DNA of 63,985 nucleotides, counting the filler, from Olpidium bornovanus S191 (taxonomy: Eukaryota > Fungi > Olpidiomycota), in assembly GCA_017911155.1 (NCBI GenBank). It is 26 parts of 26 records of this genome, joined end to end, with 100 filler letters (N's around TTAATTAATTAA, not from the genome) between each part and the next. Parts side by side here need not be neighbours in the genome. Positions count along the whole stretch, not along the records: positions 36,080 to 37,215 come from JAEFCI010012395.1; positions 37,316 to 39,101 come from JAEFCI010000783.1; positions 39,202 to 40,683 come from JAEFCI010010106.1; positions 40,784 to 43,313 come from JAEFCI010012582.1; positions 43,414 to 44,598 come from JAEFCI010004122.1; positions 44,699 to 48,770 come from JAEFCI010003775.1; 20 more parts are not named here. The stretch is one strand, 5' to 3'. The position numbers and the translations under genes were made by a program. Under the pieces are notes generated by a model. That model made no database searches and was not told where the DNA came from. It saw nothing but the letters and a program-made list of their open reading frames with translations. Shown here in pieces: positions 36,080 through 47,838 of the stretch (positions are counted from its first letter, which is position 1; every line of letters starts with the position of its first letter).

Positions 36080-36910
36080 CATGTTTTCTGCAATCAACCC
36101 GTTCGCATAATACGCACGGCAGACAATAAATGACGTGGCGTCATTATAACAAAAAAAAATTGCACGGCAGAGAGTCGCGGGATCTACCGGAGCGAATATG
36201 TCAAACTCCCGTACCTTTCATCGCAACTGAGTCGCTCTTTCCAAGAATAGCGTCGATGATCTCCGGGTCCTGGCAATGGTGGAACACCAGATGTGTCAGC
36301 GCGTTCGCGCACGGGGGTTTACACAAGGCGACTGCAGTCGGACGGGCCGTCCAAAACCAGGGGGCGTCGAGGAGACGGCACTTGCAGACGTACGAAGTTC
36401 TTCTGCTGCGCGGGACGCTCGCCCGGAAGCCGCGCGGGGGCGTCCTCGTTGGCCGTGGCGGAGTTGAGGATGGACCTGCAGGTGTTTGCGAGCGGGGGGG
36501 GGGGGGGGCAAAGGGCGGGCGAGAAGGAGAGGCCGGGTCAATCTGGGAGTCGATTTACAGCCCCTTTCCCGCGGGCGCTCTCGGCGGTGGGGAGCCGCCG
36601 ACCGATCCACGCTGCGACTTCGCGGGCCGGGCCGGCCGCGCCCGGTTTCGGTGCGCTCTGCTCGCTAAGGCATGGGCGGGCCGACGACGGCCGTAAAAAA
36701 AAAAAAAAAAAAACCAAAAAAAAAAAACGAAGCCCGAGCAAAGCTTCAAATCCCGGTCGCGGGACGGGAAGGCGCGAAGGGCGCAGGCGGAAAAGAGGAG
36801 GAAGGGGGAGCGGGGGACGGAAAACGAACGGAAACGGAACAAACGCGAATCCCACGCAGCGCGCGGGCCGAGCGCGCCGCACAAACTCACCACTTCAGCA
36901 GTTCGTTCAT
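36080..36910 (-). CDS. FES1: Hsp70 nucleotide exchange factor Fes1/HspBP1, N-terminal exons
   Basis: Spliced MNELLKW|SILNSATANEDAPARLPGERPAQQKNF|DPEIIDAILGKSDSVAMK|ENM matches the Fes1 N-domain (M..LLKWSI.NS...DP..I..I.G..D...MKE.M). Confidence 0.85.
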
Positions 36911-37115
36911 GACTGCGGTGGGGTGGGTGGTGGCGGCGGGTGGCGGTGGCGGTCGTAGGGGAGGGAGGGGGCGGTCGGCGTATCGAGAGGTGGCTCCGGG
37001 TGGCCGGCGCCGTCGTTCGGTCTCCGGGTTTTGAGTTCGGCAGGTGCGAGAGAGAAGCCCGTTCCCGGCGGAGAGAAATCAAAGAACAGAAAAAGGGCCC
37101 CGCGACGCCCCTTTC

Positions 37116-37215
<100 letters not shown>

Positions 37216-37315
37216 NNNNNNNNNNNNNNNNNNNNNNNNNNNNNNNNNNNNNNNNNNNNTTAATTAATTAANNNNNNNNNNNNNNNNNNNNNNNNNNNNN
37301 NNNNNNNNNNNNNNN

Positions 37316-37366
37316 CATGAATTTCCTAGTTCCCTCTATCATTCCCTTCCCCCCTTTCGCTTCTGG
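37316..37366 (-). mobile_element. Polypurine tract and start of a 3' LTR
   Basis: Minus strand AGAAGCGAAAGGGGGGAAGGGAA directly followed by TGATAGAGGG..., downstream of a same-strand Gypsy RNase H remnant. Cut off at CATG. Confidence 0.55.
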
Positions 37367-37980
37367 TTGGAACCCCTCAATGTTGTACTACTATTATTAC
37401 TTCTTCGCGTACGAATAAACCAACGCACAGCTTGCACGCCGGAATGCGTAAAACTCAGAGAAAGAACAAAGTCTGGCTGTGGCCTTGCCGCCTCCAGCGC
37501 CCCAACCTTCAGTGGCCTTGCCACGTCCGGCACCCCCACCATCGGTGGCCTTGCCACGTCAGGTCCCCTGACAGCTGGGAGCAGCCTTGCCGCCCCCGGT
37601 GTCACTCCCCCTTCCCGGACTTCGCGGTCCGCAGGGATCCTCCCCGTTTCCAAGGCCTGGCGCACGGCGGTCGCCGCCGCCGCCGCCGCGCGGTTGGCCT
37701 CGGTGGCCGCAGTCTCCTCACGGGCCGCCGCAGCCGCAAGGTTGGCTTGGATGGCCGCCTCACGCTTCCTGGCGGCTTCCTTGGCTCGGACCTTGGCTCC
37801 CTTCTCTGCCTCGGCAGCCTTGCTCTTGTTGCCATTGCTGTCGGCTTCGACGGCAACGGAAGCGTTAGCAACGGCTTCGGCGCCGCGCGTGTTAGTCGCC
37901 TCCGCCGTGGTGGCGGTGTCACCAGCGGTCGCCCGAGAACGCGTCACGGGTGGGGACGGAAGACGCGGGATACGAGCCAT
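37339..37980 (-). CDS. Ala-rich, putative coiled-coil ORF inside an LTR-element derivative
   Basis: 213-codon ATG ORF MARIPRLPSPPVTRSRAT...AKEAARKREAAIQANLAAAAAREETAATEANRAAAAAA...QKRKGGRE*. Its TGA coincides with the putative LTR start. Confidence 0.5.
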   Translation of the reverse strand: MARIPRLPSPPVTRSRATAGDTATTAEATNTRGAEAVANASVAVEADSNGNKSKAAEAEKGAKVRAKEAARKREAAIQANLAAAAAREETAATEANRAAAAAATAVRQALETGRIPADREVREGGVTPGAARLLPAVRGPDVARPPMVGVPDVARPLKVGALEAARPQPDFVLSLSFTHSGVQAVRWFIRTRRSNNSSTTLRGSNQKRKGGRE

Positions 37981-38304
37981 AGCAGTAGTTTTCGGTGCGA
38001 AGGCTCGCGAAGAAGGAGAGAAGAGGTGTGGTGCGCGTGCGCAGTGGTGGGCGTGGCGGGGGTGGTCCTCGTCGTCGTCATCGTCGTCGTCGTCATCGTC
38101 GTCGTCGTCGGATGGTGCGCGTGAAACGTAAACAAACCCCGATTCTTCACCAGTGTCAAGAGGCGGGGTGTGTGGAACCTGAAAGGTGGAGAGCCGTGCC
38201 CCCAACCCTCGGACCATAACATATACTCCCGGGGCCCCCGTTCGGGGACCCTTTATATACCTGGCTACCCATACATGCCGCTACCCAGCTATACACCTAT
38301 CCCA

Positions 38305-38600
38305 CTATGCTCGCCTCGGGTCTCGGGCTCCCCGCGAAGCGTCCCCCAGCACGTTGCTCTTCCCCGGCGTCAGTTTGAACGTGAGATCAAAGTCTGAGAG
38401 GGGCATGGCCCAGCAGGCAAGGCGGCCTTTCTGTCTGCCAAGGAGCCATTTTAGGGAGTCGTGGGCAGTTTTGATGTCGAAGGTTTCGCCCATCAGATAG
38501 GGGCGAAATTTTTTGCAAGCCCAAATGATGGCAAGCGCTTCTTCTTCCTGTGTGTGGTACTTCAGCTCCGCAGGTGTCAAAATTGAGAAAAAGTCGCCAT
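38305..38600 (-). mobile_element. Ty3/Gypsy RNase H remnant
   Basis: ILTPAELKYHTQEEEALAIIWACKKFRPYLMGETFDIKTAHDSLKWLLGRQKGRLACWAMPLSDFDLTFKLTPGKSNVLGDASR. Confidence 0.9.
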
Positions 38601-38784
38601 AGCCTGCAGCCCAACGCTGACGGCGTTTTTGCGCCGGCGCCGGGCAGCGATTTTTTCCGCCGGGCGGCGATTTTGCGCCGGAAAAAAAAAAAAAAAAAAA
38701 AAAAGGGGGACGACGCCACACGGACGCTCCCCCACCCCAGAACCGACCGCCCTCTCTTCGGCGGGCTACGCGGGCTGAACCCTT

Positions 38785-39101
38785 CCTCCGAGACCTCCGA
38801 GACCTCCGAGACCTCCGAGACCTCCGAGCGAAGAAGGCGCCGCGTGACCATGGACGCGGCCAAGGTGGCCGCCCCGGCTGACAAGGGGCCGCGACGGCGG
38901 CCGCGTGACCATGCAGGCGGCTAAGGGGGCCGCCCCGGCGGACAAGGGGCCGTGACGGCGGCCGCGTGAACCGCGCAGGCGGCCAAGGCGGCCGCCCCGG
39001 CGGACAAGGGGCCGTGACGGCGGCCGCGTGAGCCACAGAGGCGGCCAAGGTGGCCGCGGCGGCGGCCGCGTGAACCATGGAAACCATGGAAGCGGCCAAG
39101 G
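38785..39101. repeat. 9-bp repeat (CCTCCGAGA x~5) followed by a ~61-62-bp GC-rich minisatellite (~3.5 copies)
   Basis: ACAAGGGG recurs at 38881, 38942 and 39004; CCGCGTGA recurs with the same spacing. Confidence 0.85.
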
Positions 39102-39499
39102 NNNNNNNNNNNNNNNNNNNNNNNNNNNNNNNNNNNNNNNNNNNNTTAATTAATTAANNNNNNNNNNNNNNNNNNNNNNNNNNNNNNNNNNNNNNNNNNN
39201 NAGAGAGAGATAGAGAATGAGAGAGTTGACTCCCCAATACCCTCGGTGCTAAAAGTATACTACGATTATTCCAGTGCACCGCTCGACGCGTGCAGTTGAT
39301 TTATCCATCTCGAAAGACATGGCTATGGTGACGGAGTGCGGGTGGGAGAGTTAGAGAGTTAAGGTAGAGAGAGAGAGAGAGAGAGAGAGAGGGAAAGAGA
39401 GAGGGAAAGAGAGACCACAGAGACCAGAGGGAGTGTGTGCCGCCGTTGAAAGCAGCCGGCCCTTCTCCGCCGCCTCGGGATCCCCGTGAGAACGACGAA

Positions 39500-39833
39500 A
39501 TGGAAGAGCGCTCCGCCTGTGCCGCGGGAGGAGGACGAGGAGGCTCGCCAGTGCGCCCTGTGGTCGAGCCCTCGCACGAACCTGCTGCCCCCGCTGTGAG
39601 CGCCGCCGCGTTCGTCGCGGCCAAGCCTCACCACCGCGGCGCGGCGCGCCCGCCCACCCCTGCCGCCGAAAAGAAGCGCAAACGCGCGTGCTGCCACCTC
39701 GCCGGAGACTCCCTCTCCGGCAGCGGCCTGGGAGGTTCCCCGCTGGGTCATTACCGCCTGGTCGTCCGCTGGAGCGAAGAGGCGAAACTCCGGCGGAGTC
39801 TGGCCAAGGAGGGAATCAGGAAGGTGGGAGGTG

Positions 39834-39880
<47 letters not shown>

Positions 39881-40683
39881 GCGCTGAAAGCGGGATGCCA
39901 GCTGACCGTTTCTTGCCCCCGCCGTTCTGCAAAGGCCGGAACGAGATGGCGCCAGCCGCCATGCCGGACTTGCGGTGGCATAGCCGACACGCAGGTCTGC
40001 CTTTTCTGCGCATTCCCCGGTTGCTGGGAGCACGCCCGGCAGCATATGCAAGAGAAACCGGCGCACCTGCTGGGTGAGACTGCTGACGGGAAGCCGTCCG
40101 GCAAAGTAACACGTCATCGACGTCCCAAAGCTATCCCTGACAGAAGACCGAATCCTGCTTCCTTCCCCCTCGGATCATTCCTCGCCAAACCAGCTGCGGA
40201 TTTCCAGAACCAGGCGCTGTTCTGCAACGGATGCGGAGACTATGTCTACGATTCCGAGTTTGAGTTCGCGAGGAACGACGTACAGAGGGCAATACGCGAG
40301 AAGCCGTCCGCGGGTGAGATGATCGCCGCTTGGTTTTTGCCGTCGTTCTATCGCCCGCAACCCTCCAAAATTTTTGCACCAGTGCTGATCCCGCTCCGGA
40401 TTTTTTTTCCTGATTTTCTTTTCAATTATAAGCCTCCCGCTTGGGCACGCCGGCGGTGCTCGGCCCGGCTGAGCGCGGTAAGGCCATCCAAAGCGCCTGT
40501 GCCGGACTCCGTGGTTTACGGAATCTCGGCAACACCTGCTTCATGAACGTCATACTCCAGGCCATGGTTCACAACCCGCTGTTGCGAAACCACTACCTTG
40601 CCGACTGGCATAACCGTGACCTGTGCGGCGTGGCGAGGGAAAGGGCAGGCTGGAAGAAGCCGTGCATCGCGTGCGAAGTTGAC
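39500..40683 (+). CDS. UBP8: SAGA deubiquitinase Ubp8/USP22 family (3' truncated)
   Basis: zf-UBP CRTCGG...VCLFCAFPGCWEHARQH and LFCNGCGDYVYDSEFE, plus Cys box GLRGLRNLGNTCFMNVILQAMVHNPLLRNHYLAD.H...C...CIACEVD. Confidence 0.9.
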
Positions 40684-40783
40684 NNNNNNNNNNNNNNNNN
40701 NNNNNNNNNNNNNNNNNNNNNNNNNNNTTAATTAATTAANNNNNNNNNNNNNNNNNNNNNNNNNNNNNNNNNNNNNNNNNNNN

Positions 40784-41069
40784 CATGCTCGTCTCGGGTT
40801 TCGTCGGCTCCTCCCAGCGGCTCGAGTACACCGTCATCGGCGACACGGTGAACACCTCGTCGCGCATCTGCGGCCTGGCCCACGAGGACCAGGTGCTCAT
40901 CAGCGAATCGACGTTCGTGCTCGTCCAAAATAGGATCGAGACGCGCTTCGTCGGCCAGCACCAGCTGAAGGGCAAGACAAGGCCTGTTGGCGTCTACGAG
41001 GCGATCGGAATTACAAGCGAAGGCACCCAATCGAAGCACGTAAACCGAAGTGCGACACCCCAAAATTGA
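40784..41069 (+). CDS. Class III adenylate/guanylate cyclase catalytic domain, C-terminal part
   Basis: LVSGFVGSSQRLEYTVIGDTVNTSSRICG...QVLISESTF...LKGKTRPVGVY. Confidence 0.92.
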
Positions 41070-44000
41070 ATTTCCTCCAACTGCGCTCTTTCGAGTCCGG
41101 TTCCACACAAACCCACGGGTTGTGCGTCACGAGCTTCATCAAATATTGTATATAAATTTTTTATCACATCCACCTAATATCCTGCAATATTTGTTGATCC
41201 CAAAGTGCGCGTCGGTTTTCTACCACCTCCGCCGTTACCCCGTGTCAAAGCACTTCCGCCTCCCACAATGGTAGACCGCCAGTAACCCTCTGGGAAACGC
41301 CTTCGGCCACCCTCCGGTTGCTTAGCATCGATGCATTCCGGCGTTTTCCAAATGAAAGAAATTGGAAATTTCACGGAGGTTTTTGTGGATTTTTTTTCGG
41401 CGGTTTTAGGATGCTTATCATCAGGACTTTACCAAGGTTAAATTAAGTGAGATAATTTTTGGCGCGGGCGGGAGCTGGTGGGGGATGCTGGGGGATGCCG
41501 TTGCGAGAATGCTGCTGGTCTACCGTGACCGCTGGTCTACCGCGTCGCGGGTCACCTTCCGGAACGTCTTAGAAGGCACTCACCAACCGATGTCAAGCTT
41601 CGCCAGTTCTGCGGGCACCCGAAAATGTTGCCCAGGAAGCAACACGTGGAGGTGTTTGACAAGAGTGCCACTTGTCGCCGGACACGACTTCCTCCATCTA
41701 CCGTTTTCTCTCGGCTTGTAGATACTCTGGTTGGTGGTCGGACTTGCCGTGGACGCCGAAGACGAACGATAGTTCCTTCCTCCTCATGTGTCTGGGCGGC
41801 TTTGGTTCTCGAGACCGCCGCGGCGCAGCACCTGGCCGCCGTCGCGGGTGTAGGGGCGCGGAGCGGCATCGCGAGCCCGACTAACCTCCGGCTGGGCGCC
41901 ACGACGCGCTCTTGCTTACGCTCTGCCCCGGGAAGGAGCTTCCGCGCGCGGCGGTTCCGTGCAAAGACGGCCGCACCGCGGACCCTGGTCCGAAGCCGTT
42001 CGGCGAGATGGGGCTCGCTCTGGAAAAAGAGAGAAAAGAGAGAAAGCGCGAGAGGAACACCGCCGTAGACCGCGACAAAAGAAGCGTCTTCCGTCAAAGG
42101 GAGGAGCGCGCCTTGCGGCGGCCGCCGGGGGGGGCGTTTTTCTACTTAGTCTTTTTCTTCCGACGTGAAATCAGGCGGCGCTCGAGCCCAGCCCGGGTCA
42201 ACACGCGAGCGTACATCCCCTGATGGCGGCCACCGCCCCCGAGGTTCCCTCCGCGGTACCCGAGGGGACGATGTGACGAAGCGGGGGGGCCGACCGCGAC
42301 AGTCGCTCTCGGGTGGCCGCAGCCAACATTCCACCTTCGTGATACACGCGCGTTGTGCGCCCCTCCTTTTGCCCCCAACGAACCTCCTTTCAGCAAGCAG
42401 CAGGCCGGCGAAGAGCCGCTTTCGTCACGTGAAAATGACCGCTCCAAGGCAGAGAGAGACGCAAAACCCTAAGTACCGACGCGACTCGGGAACACGCCGC
42501 TTGTGACCGGGCGTTGCTGCCTCGGTGCGCCAGGGCTTTCTATACTGGCGCGTCCGACCCCACCGCGTACCGCAGCCGGCCGCGCATTTCACAGGTGCTG
42601 GGGCGCGGCGGGCGGGCAAAAAAGATTCGGGCGGGTTGTCCCGTGAACGGCGCGCGAGTTTTCTAAAACAGGCAGAACGCGCGCCGCACACACAGACGGG
42701 CGTTTCTGGGCAGGCGCAGAAGCCCCCGGGGAACGTCCGCCGCTTGCTCCGCGGGGAAAAGAGGGAAACGGGGCACGTCGGGTCAGTCCGGGAGGAGAGG
42801 AGCGGGCGGACGGGGAGGGCGGGAAGGGAATTTTTTTTTATAATGCGAAACGCCCGCCGCGCAGTCGCCGGGGGGAAGCCGAAGGGAAGAGAGAGAAAGC
42901 AACAAAAAAAAAAAATATCCCGCTTGACTTCGCAGGCGAGTAACGGGACAAGCGGTCGAACGGTGATCGCCAGACGACGCACCTGCACAAAAGGCAGTCG
43001 AAAGACATCCACCGGTAATTGATCGACCTGCCACCCGTCCATAGATGCGCAAAAAAAAGGCTGTTAAAGGCTTCTCAATTACGGGTTGTATTTCCAGCGC
43101 CGTCAACCAAGAGGAGGTACGGGCGACCTATACTTCCAGATGCTACGCGCAGCAGGGATCCATACAGGAAACGAACAAGACGGCTTCAAGGAAGACAACA
43201 TTATTCTCACGGTCACGCGTTTGAAAGTTTTGGAATCAAAGGTCGCGGTGGCAATCGCATGTTGTTTGGGAAGTAGCCACCAAAAATTCGGGTAACGCCT
43301 GCTCTGTCCATGCNNNNNNNNNNNNNNNNNNNNNNNNNNNNNNNNNNNNNNNNNNNNTTAATTAATTAANNNNNNNNNNNNNNNNNNNNNNNNNNNNNNN
43401 NNNNNNNNNNNNNAAGGCCCTCGTCGACATCAATGAGAGGCCGACCGTCAAGAAGTCGCGGCGCATTGGAAGGGAGGAACCCGGAATCTCCGACCACTGG
43501 GGCGACGCCGGTTCTTTGGGTGTCAACAGCCATGGAAGACTTATCGGACTTCTCGTCCTGGCCGGTCACATTTGTCACGTCGTTGGGCGGCCACCCGCCG
43601 GTCGACCTCATCCCCCGGGTGGCGGAGTGGCGTCTTTCCGGTGGAAGAAGCCCGAGAATTTGGCGCGTTGTTGGCGGAACGTCTGAGCACCCACGCTAAT
43701 GCCCTCGATGACAACGGTAATATTTATTTAATTATAAACATGTTAATTAACCCTACGGTGTGTTTGTACCAAGCAGGGCTCGTATCTTGGAGGTCAAGTC
43801 ATCAAAGCTGTATCACATGTCTGTTGCAGGGCCACTGCCGCCCAAGAGATCAAATGCTGTGAGCAATCTTAATCAAAACTGATTGCCGTTGTAAAATGAA
43901 AAGAACGACGAACGCGTACTAGAGCTCAGGAAGTCGCCAGCTGATAATTCGGCCCGCACACTCGATAACTCGGGCACTGTACGTATTTCCCCCCCGTTGC

Positions 44001-44389
44001 GTGACAGCAACACGCGTATTCTTTTTCTAATTAACCCCGCACGTTGCCCCAAAGAAAAAGAAACGTCACCCGCGCCAAACAATACGAAATTGCCCGTCTC
44101 CCCCACACCCCCACCCCCACCCCCTCCATCCCCCCCGGAAACCCTCGGAGTCGGTCCCTTCGAGCGGTTTGCCGAGTCGCCCTTCGTTCCCCTTTGCTTC
44201 GGTCGTCGCTTCTGTTTGTTTTGTCGGTTCGTTCGTTTAGAGAAAGAGAAAGAGAAAACAGCGCTGACTACAGCGACGCTTGCGAGTTTGGTCATGTAAA
44301 GTAGAAGGCGGGCGAACACAAAGCCGGTTGTTCTGCCTATTATCTTCCCCCCCCCCGCCCGTAAGGACGGTCTTCCCTCTTATATCGTC

Positions 44390-44598
44390 AACGCGAGAAC
44401 CAACGGCACTTGAAATTGGCAATAATGGTGCAGCCAAGTTGCCTATTGATGGCAAGCTAAATCCAGCGGTCAAGACATATTGACATCAAGTACCACCGTA
44501 TGCGATGGAGTGTGAGCGTCGGCACCATCATTGTTGGGAAAATCCTGTCGATAGACGACCCGGCTGGTATCACGCCACTAAACCTGTTAGCGTTCATG
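44390..44598 (+). mobile_element. Degenerate Ty1/Copia RNase H remnant
   Basis: PTALEIGNNGAAKL..., then after a frameshift RSRHIDIKYHRMRWSVSVGTI. Compare the Copia consensus P..I..DN.GAI.L...RTKHIDIKYH.IR..V..G.I. Confidence 0.75.
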
Positions 44599-45045
44599 NN
44601 NNNNNNNNNNNNNNNNNNNNNNNNNNNNNNNNNNNNNNNNNNTTAATTAATTAANNNNNNNNNNNNNNNNNNNNNNNNNNNNNNNNNNNNNNNNNNNNCA
44701 TGGCACGTGATCTACCAAGCACACATCCTTCGGGGGCGAATTGCCGTTTCCCTCCCCCCGGTGGCACCGACCTGTCGGGCTGCATTCCTCGCCGTCCCTC
44801 GCTTCGTTCACATTCAATTTTATTCAATTGATTGCGTAACTATGCTGGTGTAATTGAGCCAAACTGCCAATTGTATAATTTATCCTGCTGTCAATCCAGA
44901 ACTGGCCCGCAAAAACGCTCCCGCGGTCAGCTCTGCGAAGGAACGTATATCCCCGTCCCCGTCGCCGCGGAAAGTCCCTGCGCGGGTTTCAGCCGCAGCA
45001 GCGAACGGACGCTCGAACGCACAGGGTCCCCGTCCTGCTCTCGCC

Positions 45046-46393
45046 ATGAGCAACAGCGTAGAGCGCGTCGTGGTCGACGTCGGGGGCACCCTCTTTCACA
45101 CGACCAAGGGGACCCTCGTGAAGAAGAAATCGTACCTGCACGATCTGGTCGCCCAGTGAGTTCAATGCCGGCAGTCCCGGGCCCTTCCGTTGTGGCGCGT
45201 TTTGCAAACGCGGTTCCGAGTCGCAGTTCGCTACGGCCTGAGCCTGACGGGGGTCTTTTCCGGCGACGGCTTGTCCCTCGTCTGACAGGAGGAAAGGGAC
45301 TCGCGTGGACGACTCCGGTAGGCGACGTGGCGAAAATACCGCAGTTGTTCATAACTCAGTTGCGCGCAAACTGCTGATCTGCCGATTTTTTTCGATCAAC
45401 GCCAAGGCCGGTTTCCCATATTCTTTGTCGAGTATGTTTCTCAGCGTTTTGTTTACATACAACCGTTAACTCACATGGCGCGTTTTCCAGCCGCGACCCC
45501 AAACACTTTGGAAGAATCCTAAAGTACGTCGACTGCTGTTGTCCGCTTCTCGAAACTACCGATGTATGTCTGAGGTCTTCCCTTCTCCAGTTACCTCAGG
45601 ACGGATCACTTCCTAGTCGACACGACACTAGGTGGGTTTTCTCTCGTTCGCTTGCTTTTCGAAGCCGCGCCACCAGCATTTTGCTGAAGTTACCCAGACA
45701 ATTTGTAAGTGTTCTGCCAAGGTTGACTCGGTCCAGTCGCGATGGTTTCTGCCGTTACTGATGACCAGGGCAACTGCGGTCAGCACGCTCAACGAAATAC
45801 GGTTGGAGTCGATGTAAGTCGCGGGCATCGCCATCTGGAGGTTGTTGGAGAGAAACTCACAACATTGACCGTCCGATGCGTGTGCGGTACTCGACAGGTT
45901 CTACGAATTGCGGGAATTACAGACGGGCATCGAGCAGCTTATGGAACGAAAAGCGCGGAGCGGCACGTCGTTGGCCGCGTCGAAGAAAGGTTTGAAGAAT
46001 CCTCGTCCCTCACACGCCGTAGTGGCCAAAATTTTGTATAACCGTCCGGCTCATATTCCCAGCCATCGTTAGGGTGCACTTCAAGGATCAGGCAGCGAAC
46101 GTGTTAGCGATTGACCCATTCCCGATACCGGGCCCCGTCGTATACGACGTCTCGGAGTTCACGCGTGCGTTTGCCCAAGGGATGGAAGCCACAGGTAAAA
46201 CTGGTAGATTTTCATCGACGACGAGAAGAGCGTCATGCCGTGTTACGCCTGCTCACGATGGCCCCCACGCCACATCCCTTTTCTTCATTCCCTAGTCAAC
46301 GAGCTTTTAAAGATGGGCTTCCAGCTTGACCACGCTTACTGGTGTAACGAAGACCGGTCGAAAAGCTTTTGCGTGCTGAGCATCAGTGCATAG
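45046..46393 (+). CDS. BTB/POZ (KCTD-type) domain protein, many small exons
   Basis: MSNSVERVVVDVGGTLFHTTKGTLVKKKSYLHDLV|..FPIFFVD|RDPKHFGRILN|YLRTD, and later ...VNELLKMGFQLDHAYWCNEDRSKSFCVLSISA*. The 3' exon assignment is less certain. Confidence 0.75.
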
Positions 46394-47181
46394 CAATGTG
46401 CGATCTGTTGATGAAGTACGCCATATTCTAGCTACGCCGTGTGTACTGCAGCCACAGCCATCGCTGCGTACCCCGAGGTCTCCGTGCTTGCGCACGTCGG
46501 ATACGTCCACCGTAGAATGGACGGCAGTGGCGTCGGTAGGCCGTAAGCCTGTGCTAGTAGTGGTAGAAGTCGCTGGATAGGAGGTTTAAAAAGAATAGTT
46601 GCTCTTTTCGATAGAGGCCACCTTTAAAAAGAGTCAAACGTGGCAATTTTTATTGCTATGAATGGATACGCCTTGCTGCACTTGTGGAAGTTTTTAAAAT
46701 TCAGTAATATGGTTGGCGCAATGGTAATCGAGCCGCGCGTGTGCTTGAGGTAGTATAGGGGTATGTGAGGGAGAATTCTAATCCAACGACCCCCCTCTCG
46801 CGCAGAGTACGTCACACACGGGGGAAAAAAAAATTGCAATACGTTCTCTCTCTGCAAGATTCCTCGGTCGAAACTACTCCTCTCGGCGTATGCCATCCGC
46901 ATCGTCACCGAAGCAATCCACGCCTGCTGAAATGTGTTCCCAGCGCAGTTCACGCTTCTCCAGATGGGCGACGTCAATGCGGCCAGAAAGACGCAAGGCT
47001 TCCCGACAAGCCCAAGAGCCAATCCTGAACAGGGCCCTGGATCAGGGGACGCTGCCTACGTTCTGGTAACGCGACAGGTCCCGGCTGACATTGGCCTAAG
47101 CAGTCAACACCGGCGCGTGTATGGCGATTTGACGGGGCGTTGGCCAACAAGTCTGACTCCTTTTTTTTGGTGTTGACCGCC

Positions 47182-47838
47182 TCAGATTCCGTACTGCTCT
47201 CTATAATTTCGAATATCCCGTATGACGTTTTCGTAACCGGGTTTTCCCTGCAGGTGTTCCAGGACGTCGGAGAGCGTGACTATCGCGCGCACGGGAACGC
47301 CAAACTCCCTCTCCACCTCCCTGACGGCGGAGTCGCCTGCCGCGCCGGCACCCTTCTCCTGCCGGTCGATGGCCACGATGACGCCCGCCAACGTCCCGCC
47401 GGCTTCCTTAATGACCCCGACCGCTTCGCGGATGGCCGTGCCGGCGGTGATCACGTCGTCGAGGACGAGGACGCGCTTGCCCTCCAGAGGAGCGCCGACG
47501 AGATTCCCTCCCTCGCCGTGATCCTTCTTCTCCTTCCTGTTGAAAGCGACGGGCACGTCCCTGCCGTGGCGGTCGGCCAGCGCGACGGCGCACGAGACGG
47601 CGAGCGGGATCCCCTTGTACGCGGGCCCGAACAGGACGTCGAAGTCGAAGGCGGACGAGGCGTCCGCCACGGCGGCGGCGTAGTGGCGGCCCACGGAGGC
47701 CAGCGCCGACCCGGAGCTGAAAAGTCCCGCGTTGAAGAAGTAGGGAGACACCCTGCCGGACTTGAGCGTGAAGCTGCCGAAACGAAGCACCGAGTGCTGG
47801 ATGGCGAACTCTACGAAGTCGCGCTGATACGGCAGCAT
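47182..47838 (-). CDS. URA5: Orotate phosphoribosyltransferase (complete, intronless)
   Basis: [59 protein letters not shown]. Confidence 0.98.
   Translation of the reverse strand: MLPYQRDFVEFAIQHSVLRFGSFTLKSGRVSPYFFNAGLFSSGSALASVGRHYAAAVADASSAFDFDVLFGPAYKGIPLAVSCAVALADRHGRDVPVAFNRKEKKDHGEGGNLVGAPLEGKRVLVLDDVITAGTAIREAVGVIKEAGGTLAGVIVAIDRQEKGAGAAGDSAVREVEREFGVPVRAIVTLSDVLEHLQGKPGYENVIRDIRNYREQYGI

Noticed and set aside
47182-47838. URA5 as a recent bacterial HGT (intronless, PyrE-like)
   Set aside because: Fungal URA5 is normally of this type, and the flanks look like host sequence.
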